DNA of 63,691 nt, the filler included, from Neolecta irregularis DAH-3 (taxonomy: Eukaryota): assembly GCA_001929475.1 (NCBI GenBank). It is 11 parts of 11 records of this genome, joined end to end, with 100 filler letters (N's around TTAATTAATTAA, not from the genome) between each part and the next. Parts side by side here need not be neighbours in the genome. Positions count along the whole stretch, not along the records: positions 45,494 to 55,377 come from LXFE01003403.1; positions 55,478 to 56,754 come from LXFE01000373.1; positions 56,855 to 61,665 come from LXFE01003408.1; positions 61,766 to 63,691 come from LXFE01003413.1; 7 more parts are not named here. The stretch is one strand, 5' to 3'. A program made the position numbers and the translations under genes. Shown one piece after another: positions 53,484-63,691 of the stretch. The notes beneath the pieces were generated by a model. That model made no database searches. It had not been told where the DNA came from and was given only the letters and a program-made list of their open reading frames with translations. The stretch's first letter is position 1; every line of letters starts with the position of its first letter.

Positions 53484-54957
53484 ATTTCCAAGGCGGATTT
53501 ACCAGAATGGAGTCAAGGAGAAAAGTACAGGGAATTGAGTTCAGGTTTGATAGAGGAGACCAATAAAAGGTTGATGATTCGCCAGAATATTACGTCAGTG
53601 GTCTACCCCACCTCGAAGATACACCTGAGACACAAAAAAGCGATGAGAATCTTATACTTCTGACTATATATGGTATGGCAAAAGCTTTTTCAATCTCGGG
53701 TTAGCAGGGGCGCGAGGGGGCTGGTGGGGGTGCAAGGTAGGCGGCAGACTGGGACGGGGGCAGCGGGTCTCCCTGCTTGAGATAGGCAGGGCTGCCAATG
53801 GCGGAATTGTGCAAGGTGGGGAACATGTGGAGCGGGGGCAGCTCGGGGGGCGAGGCGGGGAAGAAGCCCTTGATCAGGCTCTTCAGTAGTACTTTTTTGA
53901 GGAGGGACTTGGCGCGGGCGGGGGAAGAGTGGTTGGGGGCTATGTCTGCCGCGCGGTCGAGCGAGTAAAGGTCATCAAAGTCTGGGGGCTGTAAGAGGCG
54001 CTGTGCATAGCGAACTCCGACCAGGCGTAGAAGAATGGCTGCCAAGCCCCTCGTCGATGTTGACAGCGACTGGCGAACGGGGTGGTGACTGACGAGCAGA
54101 GCGGCGGCAACTGACGAGCGGAACGGTGACTGACGAGTAGGGCGATGGCAGCAATGGGAGATCAGGCAGGTTGGCCTGGTCACGGCGGGAGGCGGGTCGC
54201 ATGGCAGAGTGAGTGGGGTAGTGGAGTAGAGTAGCAGGGGTGGTTGATTAGAGTATCAGGAGTAGTGGACCTAAGTATCCTGAAATCAACCGACGAACTT
54301 GCTCAGCAGGCAATTCAATGTCATCACTAACTAAATGTGACATAGTTATGTGGGAGGAACGGCTGGCAGCTGTACTGTTGGTGGGGCGGTGGTGGTGGTT
54401 GGCATTTAATCAGGTATCACGTGAAATGCCCGTCTGGGCCGGGCTTTTAATGGGCTAGCCCGGTCCCCAACACTAACTGGATCTCATTATTTGGTAACGA
54501 TATCCTCTTTATATACAACTTGAGATTTAACTTATTCCATTCCTTCGTTCACACCCTTCCTATCCACTGGTACCGTACATATCTTATCTAACTTTTAATT
54601 CATAATAACAAGCAACAATGTGGGGACCACCGAGCCCCACAGCCCCCACACGGCAGTCAAGGCTGGATTAGGCCTGTCAGCGGCGGAGGACGGGTGGCAC
54701 TCGCAGGACGGGTGGCATTCGCAGGATGGGTGGCACTCGCCCAATCCGGGAGAGGGGCTGGATGAGGAAAGCAACCCAGATCCGGAGGAGATAGTTTGGA
54801 CGGGTATATAGGTAGGAGAGGAGGCTTAATTTTGTATACCACGAGTTGTTATTGCCACATACGACTACTCAGCAAGCATATCAAATTAAGGCTCACCCGA
54901 GTAGCAGCAAGAGCTGGCTTAATCCTCATATAATCAATCATACATCAGCATAACAAA

Positions 54958-55245
54958 ATGCAATTCACATATCTGCTTATAGCTTTTATAGCCGCAGCCT
55001 CTGGCTCCGACTCTGGCTCCGGCTCCGACTCTGGCTCCGGTTCCGACTCTGGCTCCGACTCTGACTCTGGCTCCGACTCCGACTCTGGCTCCGATTCTGG
55101 CTCCGGCTCTGGCTCCGGCTCCGATTCTGGCTCCGGTTCTGGCTCTGATTCTGGCTCTGGTTCTGGCTCTGGCTCTGGCTCCGGTTCTGTCTCGGGCTCT
55201 AGTGCTGTGTTAATAGCTCCTTTCCCGCAAATTGGTCTAAGATAA
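54958..55245 (+). CDS. Small secreted Ser-Gly/Ser-Asp repeat protein (95 aa)
   Basis: ACAAAATG start context, signal peptide [14 protein letters not shown], and TCT/TCC-GGC/GAC repeats that vary at third codon positions. Confidence 0.6.
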   Translation: MQFTYLLIAFIAAASGSDSGSGSDSGSGSDSGSDSDSGSDSDSGSDSGSGSGSGSDSGSGSGSDSGSGSGSGSGSGSVSGSSAVLIAPFPQIGLR

Positions 55246-55304
55246 GAGTATTTATTTTATTGATGGTTGGTTGGGATTCATTTGTAAATATATCAATTTA
55301 TATT

Positions 55305-55377
55305 TAGGGTGCATTCGGTGTGCGCCAAATTGTATGGAATTTGGCAATTCTTCAAATTCCAATTTTACAAGCGCGTT
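55305..55377 (+). mobile_element. Possible PIF/Harbinger-type terminus (TTA followed by GGGTGCATTCGG) running into a gap
   Basis: A TTA target-like triplet precedes a motif resembling Tourist/PIF terminal inverted repeats. The partner end is not visible. Confidence 0.35.
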
Positions 55378-55639
55378 NNNNNNNNNNNNNNNNNNNNNNN
55401 NNNNNNNNNNNNNNNNNNNNNTTAATTAATTAANNNNNNNNNNNNNNNNNNNNNNNNNNNNNNNNNNNNNNNNNNNNTATATCCTGAGGTCACCTTACCA
55501 TCGATTTTCGCCAGGAACAATAGAATGTCCTTTTTTTGTAAAACATCATATTTATCTAATATGAGCCATGCTACAGCATTGAACATACAAACTGGCTTCA
55601 CAAGAGTGAGAACCAGAGTGACAGTCCAGATTTTATTGG

Positions 55640-56754
55640 AAGTCAAGGAAGAACAAGATATACTACCACCATACTTGGAGGAAAAGCACAGAGTTCAAAA
55701 GTGAGGGGGTAGGATTTTGTGGGGGTAGGAATATGAGGGGGTAGGATTTTGTGGGGGTAGGAATATGAGGGGGTAGGATTTTGTGGGGGTAGGATTTTGT
55801 GGGGGTAGGAATATGAGGGGGTAGGAATATGAGGGGGTAGGATTTTGTGGGGGTAGGTTTCTGTGGGGGTAGGAATATGAGGGGGTAGGTATATATATGA
55901 TGGGGTAGGATATGATAGAGGTAGGAATGTGAAAAGATAGGATAAGAAGGGGGTAGGTATTAGAGAATAGATTCTGGTAATATCTATAGAAGGCAGGTAA
56001 AGTTTTGCAATAAAAAGTATGGTAATATGAAGTAAGAAAAAATATAAAATATACAAGTCAGGTAGACAGACTACTTTGGATAAAATGTATGGTAGTATAA
56101 AGTTAGAAAAGGATATAACATATATAACATTCAAGGTAGGTAAACTATTGGCATGAAAGGTATGATTGTGTATATATAGGTAGACTACTTACTTGGGATA
56201 AAAAGAATGGCAGTGTAATGTAAGAAGAGGATAAGATATACAATATAGGTAAAATATTGGGACAAAAACTATGGCAGTATAACAAAAGAAAAGAATATGA
56301 CATTGATAATATACAAGGCAGGTAAACTGTTGGGCTAACAAGTATGGCAATAGAAAGTCAGAAAAAGATAAGACATATACCTACCATACTTGGAGGAAGA
56401 GCACTGAGTTGAAAAGTGAGAGGGTAGGTATTAGAGGGAATATGCTATCTGAAAGAGGTTCTGGTAATATGCACAGAAGAGGTCAAGAGATACAACAAGG
56501 CAGGTAAACTGTTGGGATAAAAAGTATAACTGTAGGATGTTAGAAAAGGATAAGATATGCAACTACCATACTTGAAGGAACCACACTGAGTTGACATGTG
56601 AGGGGGCTAAGATATGAGGGGGGTAGGTTTTTGAGGGGGTAGGATATGAGGGGGGTAGGTATGAAAGAACTGGATAAGATATACAGCTACCATACTTGGG
56701 AAAAAAGTATAGAGTTGACATATGTGGGAGTAAGATATGAGGGGGGGTAGACTT
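55640..56754. repeat. Purine-rich hierarchical satellite: 16-bp GGGGGTAGG(ATTTTGT/AATATGA) units inside longer ~182-bp repeats
   Basis: About 12 16-mers at 55705-55890; CCATACTTG blocks near 55669, 56384, 56566 and 56690; AGGCAGGTAAA at 55991, 56316 and 56498. Confidence 0.85.
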
Positions 56755-56854
56755 NNNNNNNNNNNNNNNNNNNNNNNNNNNNNNNNNNNNNNNNNNNNTT
56801 AATTAATTAANNNNNNNNNNNNNNNNNNNNNNNNNNNNNNNNNNNNNNNNNNNN

Positions 56855-58043
56855 AGCGTAGACCAAGCTCAGGATTGCGGTCGAAAATACAATATTCGAG
56901 CTACCCCAACATTTATATCTTTATTGAAAGGAGCTATAGTATGTTAAATTGGAAACTATGTCTAACCCAAGGTTGATACCTGGGCTGGCGGAGTCCCTAG
57001 CACCCTCGAATCTAATGTGAAAATGCTTATTGATATGAGTCGTCCTGGTAAATCTCGTATTTTACCTATGCTGAATATCTAGTACATCCTCATGCAAGCC
57101 TTGATCTTCCTATCCTTCGGAAATTCCCTACCGATCCAATTCTATATTCCCGTTTTCCTCCATTAAACAAAGTTTTTCAAAAGATTGAGGGGACATTGTC
57201 ATGCTCGTCTTCTTCTCAACAGAACCAAAATATCTTTAGACAATTGCAAACTTTACTCGAAAGCAGCCAAAACTCCAATGGCAATTCTTTGTCTTTGCCT
57301 AATCTTGGACAAGTTTCAACAGCGTTACAGTATGTCATCAGTACCGTCAAACCTCAAGACCTCTTTCCGTTTGTCGACGCTTTCAGGCTTTGCTTGCTCA
57401 ATCCTCGAGTTTGTGGTTATTTTGCAGACGAAAAGAATGGTAAACCCGGGAATGCGATATTCATTAAATGTTAGACTTTGAAACTATTTCATGCATTCTG
57501 TCTACAGCGCAAAAGGATGGTTGCCCGTTTCAACTACGTCTGGTCACTTTACAACTGGTACAAAACCTTCCAAACATATGGCTGATAGCCGAGTGTTGCA
57601 ATATGTTCACATCTGTGTTATCCCCCCACTTCCTCTCCAGTGCTCGTGTTTCCGAGCTTTTAGTACCTCTTCTTACCATTGGTTTGCTTGACGAAAAAGA
57701 AAATATTCGATTGGCTGCTTCATCCCTGAGTTTTAATACTTGCGCATTGGTCGCTCAAGTTCGAAAGACCAACGACAAGGAGGTTTTAAGCCAATCTCTT
57801 CAGGTTGAGATCGCTGTCGCTTTAAATGAATGCATTCAACGAGAAATTTCGCCCGAGATTTTAGAACGACTGGTCATTGGATTGTCTATGTTATATTATA
57901 TGGGGGCGCAGCAGAGTGAAGTCGAGCAAGTCTGTAAAGCCTTAGGAGTTGCAGATACACTCAAAGGGAAGCTAAGTGATGGCGGCCTGAAGAAGAAATT
58001 GAAGGTGATTATTGACGAAACAATATTGTTGTTACAAGCATAA
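56855..58043 (+). CDS. Thioredoxin-like plus PUL domain protein (PPPDE-Trx-PUL type); 5' end lies in the gap
   Basis: YNIRATPTFI, HPHASL, LFPFVDAFRLCLLNPRVCGYFADE, LRLVTLQL.CNMF and IRLAASSLSFN. Confidence 0.75.
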
Positions 58044-58100
58044 TGGTGCTAAGATGAGGACTTGTATTTTTAAAGACTGGAACCGTGTCATGACTCATTT

Positions 58101-59183
58101 TTATTGCGAAATGGATTTCTTAGTCATCATTTCTTTATACCTTCCTTTCCTCAAAGGATCAATCTGGATAAGCTTATCCAAAATTCCAAGGTCATCTTGC
58201 CCCTTCCTTTGCTTACTCTCTGAAACACCAATTAACACCCATTTGCAGTTTGGTTCAAGATCAAATAGCTCCCCTAACATGGTTTCATCTTCCTTTATGT
58301 CGAACGTGGACCTTAACCATCGGTAGTATAGCCAGATGCTCTGGTCATCTGGATCCGTATATATGGCTGCCTTGATCAAATCAATTTCTATAATTAAAGT
58401 GAAATTATCTAGGTTGGAGGCAAGGGTACCTTTTCGAAGCATAAAGTGCTGTTGAACTGAATCTAAAGTGCAAAAGTATTTTGGCAGCAAGGAGCTCCGA
58501 ACATGCCAGGCGCTAAAATTTGACAGATTTTTCGATATCATCTGCTGAGTAAAATCCAATTCGTCAGCTGCTGTAGCATTCATCTTCTCCAAGATAAATT
58601 TCCTATAAGTCCAGCCGTGAACTAGAAACTCAGCTGCATTGTAAAAGGCCTGCTTGGAATACAGTTCCTCGAGTCAAGAGATAATAACTGATTTGTCAAT
58701 TCCAATTCGGAAGCGTAATTCTTAGTGTAACTCAGCGTCCATTTTCGATGATTCCAGATCCAATAGCATTTAGGAGACATCTGAAGACAGAGAAAACTAA
58801 ACTTCATTTCAGAGAGAAGAAGCTCCTTTTGCGTTTCAGGATTCCTGCGACTGTCAAGTAGGAGTATATCAACCATAAAATCTCACTCCTCGAATATAGT
58901 TAAAAGGACTTCTCTACGATAGTTCCATATAGTGTAGAACTCGGGATTCATCGTCAAAATCTCGTTTGTCAGACTGAGCGACACCATATCGTGTTTTCTT
59001 TCACGTCGCTAGCTGTTAACACTATGGGATATCTGGTATGTATGTGATACTGAACAATGCCCAGACCTAACGAGATCGCGATATTTTTTTATTTTTACCT
59101 GGTCTTTTGTCGCTTTTGACGCATTTCTGGGGATTCCGTGAGACTGTTTCTTAGTTCAAGTCTATTCTGTGTATTATAACCAT
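58101..59183 (-). CDS. BET4: Rab geranylgeranyltransferase alpha subunit, ~6 exons; the first coding exon is the ATG alone
   Basis: MSHGIPR, NPEFYTIWNYRR, PKCYWIWNHRKW, DSRNFHGWTYR, NFSAWHVRS and TDPDDQSIWLY. Confidence 0.88.
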
Positions 59184-59318
59184 ATTCCAGGTTCTCGAGC
59201 AACAATTTGGAGTTCGTCGTAACTGAAACTCCCGAAACGGAAATTGTAAACAAAACACTCAAATCTCCCCACACCACCAACTCAAACCTCTAAAAATCCA
59301 GGTAGTCGAAGTATCGAT

Positions 59319-61108
59319 ATGGACAGTCCAACTTCAAAGATTGGCGAAAATGTTCGCGTAGTAGTGCGTGTGCGCCCATTGAATAAGAGAGGTGAATATT
59401 TCCCAAAGAACTAGGTTTGATATCTGCAGAAATGGAACGCGGCGCTAAATGTCTAATTGCAATGGATAATGACACTCAAGCAACTTCAATTCTCAGACCA
59501 GATGCACGAGACTCTGGGAATGCTCGAGCTGCGAAAAGAGCAAGTAATGATGATTCCAAAACTTTCACCTATGATCGATCTTTATGGTCTGTCAATCCAG
59601 AAGATCCGCATTACGCCGGTCAAGAGTCTCTCTATGACTGTCTGGGTAAGGAGTTCTTGGATCATCTGTTTGCTGGGTACAATACATGCATCTTTGCTTG
59701 TAAGTGTCTATAGTACTCGTGAAGCGTTGACAAGTGCTAGATGGACAAACCGGCTCTGGGAAGACGTTTACAATGGTTTCTTCAAATGCTAGATATAATG
59801 GAGAACTGATATAGTTAGATGGGTAGTAATGATGATCCTGGTTTAGTTCCCCGGACATGCAACGATCTATTTCGTCGAGTTGACAAACTCTCTGACAGCC
59901 ACCAATGCTCAGTGCATATATCCTACTTTGAAATCTACAACGAGAAAGTTCGTGATTTACTAGCTGCTATGGTTAGCGATAACGGAGGTTTGAAAATACG
60001 AGAATCGCCGTGTGATGGTCCCTATGTTGAAGACCTCGCCGAATTCCAGGTGAGTTCGCTGGATGATGTCGAAGCTTTTATGAGCATGGGGAATAAGGCA
60101 TTATCAGACTCTTCAACTTCTTTTTTACAGATAATAGGTCCGCACAACGGCATCTACGGCAATGAATGACCAATCCAGTCGTTCACATGCTGTCTTCACT
60201 ATCGTTCTTCGGCAACTTTTCCAAGATTTAAATTCGAAATCACGTATCGAGAAGATATCCCGATTCAGGTATCTTTTCTATTACTTTACTTGTTGAAGCT
60301 ACCAGGTTGGTAGATCTAGCTGGTTCAGAACGGGCAAATGCTACTGGAGCAACGGGCATTCGTCTGAAGGAAGGCAGTAACATCAACAAGTCATTGACTA
60401 CCCTCGGACGGGTTATCGCGTCTTTGGCTGAAAATGACAATAGAAAAAAGCGCGACGTAGTCCCGTATCGAGATTCTGTAAGACACTCTTTAATTACTGC
60501 GCTTCATTTATTAGACACTCACATATATTCTTAAAGATAGCCTCGGCGGGAATAGCAAAACCGCAATGGTCGCATGTATTTCACCCTCAGATTACGACGA
60601 AACTTTATCCACTCTTCGTTATGCCGATCAAGCCAAACGAATTCGTACTCGAGCTGTCGTGAATGAGAAGGAAAACAACCTTTCAGCGAAACTTTTGAAA
60701 GATCAATTAGAAAATGTCTTATCAAGCCATGTTTCAAGAGGAGTAGAATTGGAAAATCTTAAGAAAGAAAAAGACGAGATGCGACTAATGTTTGAAGAAT
60801 GGGCTCGAAATTTGGGTATCAGCATACCTTTGCCGTCTGCTGATTTACAAGATCGCGAAAACAAAGCCCTCAAAATTGAGCGAGATGCTCTGCGGGCACA
60901 TCTCCGACTAGCTATAGAGTCCTACAAAAATCCAATACCTGTGATTTGCGAAAACAAAGAGGCAGATGTCGAGCGTGAGAAGAATGCCAAAGCAGTCAAC
61001 GATCTCCATGACGAATGGTCTGATCTTTTGCAAGATATTGGTCATTTCAAGCGGGACATTCAAGAAGATATTGCTACTTTTGCCATTGTTGCTACCACGG
61101 CTGCTTGA
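59319..61108 (+). CDS. Kinesin-3 family motor with a short tail, ~8 exons
   Basis: [66 protein letters not shown] and [14 protein letters not shown]. Confidence 0.92.
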
Positions 61109-61265
61109 AAATTGACACCTTTTGCGTTGTTTCTTTCTAGGTGTTTTTGGGGCGGCGCTTGTTCGGTATATGATAGATGGAGCTCTTGTTCGTATTGAGA
61201 TATTATAATCAAATGATCTTGTATATCTACGCCCATCCTCGTGCCATAACGCCGGAAAATAGTCC

Positions 61266-61665
61266 TCACCGTCCCGAGAGTTTCGTGGTTAATTGTGCTA
61301 ACATTGCATCGAGTTCCGAGGACGGGGCTGCACTGCCGGCCTTTGACTTGATATCTTCCAAGAGAGTAATATCTTTGGCGGCAAATGCCAATTTTCCAGC
61401 ATTACCCCAATCCCCAACTTTGAGAAAGAATTCAACACGATTTGAGGGATTACATTTTGGAATAAAAGTTGCAGCTAGCCGCGTATTTCCAGCACCTAGA
61501 CATTCATAGAAGAAAGGCTTAAGAGTTCAGTCTACTACAGTCGTGAAACCGTCCCATACCTCATAGCCAATAGGCGGATTCCTTGACTTTGACCATGCGT
61601 CAATCTGAGAGAAGTCTCGGATAGCTATCAATGCACGCAGTTTGATCCACCAAAACCGTTTGTCC
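61266..61665 (-). CDS. VPS16: Vps16 C-terminal part; the rest lies in the gap
   Basis: DKRFWWIKLRALIAIRD...PPIGYE|PFFYECL...AATFIPKC after removing one intron. Confidence 0.8.
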
Positions 61666-61765
61666 NNNNNNNNNNNNNNNNNNNNNNNNNNNNNNNNNNN
61701 NNNNNNNNNTTAATTAATTAANNNNNNNNNNNNNNNNNNNNNNNNNNNNNNNNNNNNNNNNNNNN

Positions 61766-63691
61766 GCTGCATGGGTGAATATTGCTGGTGATTTCTGCTA
61801 AGTCCTGTTGGTAGAATTCGTCGCGGGTCATTTGACGCTGTGTGCTGACCACTGTGAACGTTGTGAGTATGCATAGCATACTTGCACCATGCTTCGATTA
61901 CACGATAAGGACCTAGCCAACGTGGAAGTAACTTCACCGATTTACCTTCTTTTGCCATTGCTCTTTGGAAATTTTCACTGCTTAGTAGAACCATATCGCC
62001 TATGCTGAATTTAATATGATCTGTTCTCCTTTTATTTGCCTGGATCGTTTGTCTTGCTTTTGCAATCACTAAGTTGTCTTTTGCAATTTCCGTATAGATT
62101 CTCATATTTTCTACTATCTCTTGTGCTCTTGGTGTTCGTGATTCCAATTCTGGAAGACTTGGTAATACCCGTGGTTTACAACCATAAACCAATTCGAATG
62201 GCGTCAATCCAGTTGAACTATTATGGGAATTGTTGATAGAAAATTCTGTGGTTCGAACATGCTCAGCCCAATTCTCTTGAGTATTATCCACACACGTTCT
62301 AAGGATCTGTATGATTGTTTTATTTGCTCTTTCTGTTGATCCATCAGTTTCTGGGTGGAAGGACGTACTCATCTTCAGTTCGATACCGATCATTCTATGG
62401 AGTTCTTTCCATAATTCTCCTGTAAACCGAGGGTCTCGATCTGATACGATAGCTTTTGGTAGGCCATAACGACAGTACCAATTTAACCAGAGGAATTTCG
62501 CCACTTCTGCTGCCGATATTGTCATCTGGATTGGTTCGATCATGACGAGTCCTGAAAGTCTATCAGTAATAACTAGCATTCCGTTGAACCCCTGGGACTC
62601 TCGCATTGGCCCGATAAAATCCATTGAAATCTCCACAAATTTGGAATGTGGTACTGGTAATGAAGCAAGGAATCCCGAAGGTGACTGAGTATTTGACTTT
62701 ACTCTTTGACAGATGTCACAGCTGGAGACATACTTTCGGATATCATTTGACATATTCGGCCACATATAGTTGCTTTTTATATGTTCATATGTTTTGTTGA
62801 ATCCAAAGTGACCTTGTCTATCGTGTGAGGCCTTAAGTAGCTTTGTTTGAAATTCTCCCTTTGGTATTACGATTCTCTCATTGCAAAAGACGAATTCATC
62901 ATTAACTTGGAATGCTGTAAATCTTTCTGGATGATGCTTGATTTCTTTTATAAATTCGTCCTTTTCATATTCAGCTTGTAACAATTCAATTTCTTCCGAG
63001 GAAATTCCCATTTCAGTTATATTAGCTGTTGCAATTGAAATATCGTTGCGTGATAAAGCATCTGCAAATGAATTATTTGCCCCTGAAATATACTGAATAT
63101 CAAAGTCGTAATCTACCAGTTCTACTAGCCATCTTGCCTGACGATTTGACAATGTCTTCTGCTTGTGCCAATACTTCAGTGGTTCATGGTCCGTAAGAAC
63201 AGTAAAATGATATCCAAGTAATAAATGACGCCATTTTCTCAGGGCCCGAATAATTGCCAGCATCTCTCTATCGTAAATGGGGTATTTAGCTTCTGATTCA
63301 TTGAACGACCGAGAACAAAATCCTGCTGGGTGAGCTGTACTCCAATTTAATCCCTGCGAAATCACTGCACCGGTCCCTCTATCACTTGCATCACAAATAA
63401 GCCAAATTTTTTCTCCTTCTTCTATTCGTCTATGGTCTACTGGGCAGAGATAATCTGCTTTTGAAATGAGTTTTTTGAGACTATCGAATGAGTTTTGTTC
63501 TATACTTGTCCATCAAAATGATACTTCTTTCTTTGTCAATTGTGATAATATTGAGACATGCGATGCTAGTCCGGGTATAAATGCTCCCAAGTAATTGACA
63601 AAGCCTAAGAAACTGAAACTTCTTTGGCGTTGTGGTATGGATTCTTTGTTTTCAACACTCAATACTTTTAATCAACAATCAATTAACTCTA
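61766..63691 (-). mobile_element. Ty3/gypsy LTR-retrotransposon pol remnant (end of RT, RNase H, integrase); degenerate
   Basis: FLGFVNY, CDASDRGTGAV, YDREMLAI, TDHEPL, HHCC zinc finger, ISMDFI, SDRDPRF, HPETDGSTER and GPY. Stop at 63513-63515 and a frameshift near 63615. Confidence 0.95.

Noticed and set aside
55643-56134. 163-aa extensin-like ORF (PHKILPP repeats)
   Set aside because: It is a translation of the 16-bp satellite. The unit length is not a multiple of 3 and there is no coding signature.

Overview
Telomere-anchored scaffold end from a very compact, intron-rich ascomycete fungus. It begins with (CTAACC)n. The Clr6-like HDAC, Sid1-like kinase, complex I subunit, cellular RdRP and very short introns suggest an early-diverging Taphrinomycotina-type genome, possibly Neolecta-like; this is inference only. 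I reconstructed about 35 protein-coding genes by hand. Most are housekeeping genes (Nem1, PP2A-B56, Clr6, Sid1-like kinase, Tim22, CysRS, Oxa1, Not2, Mdj1, Smc2, Ski2, TFIIB, RdRP, kinesin-3 and others). The window also holds two secreted PAN/Apple-like proteins, a Ser-Gly/Ser-Asp secreted peptide, decayed PIF/Harbinger and Ty3/gypsy elements, a CpG-free satellite and several N gaps with TTAATTAATTAA linkers. The most striking signal is the splicing code. Roughly 150-160 introns (hand count) are mostly 32-45 nt long and have strongly degenerate donors. At least 12 appear to need a GC donor (all GCA-, mostly without +5G), at least 6 use GAG acceptors, and two appear to need a TG acceptor at the normal distance from the branch point. 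This points to a relaxed, length/branch-point-defined splicing system. All gene models are manual and not validated by RNA data.
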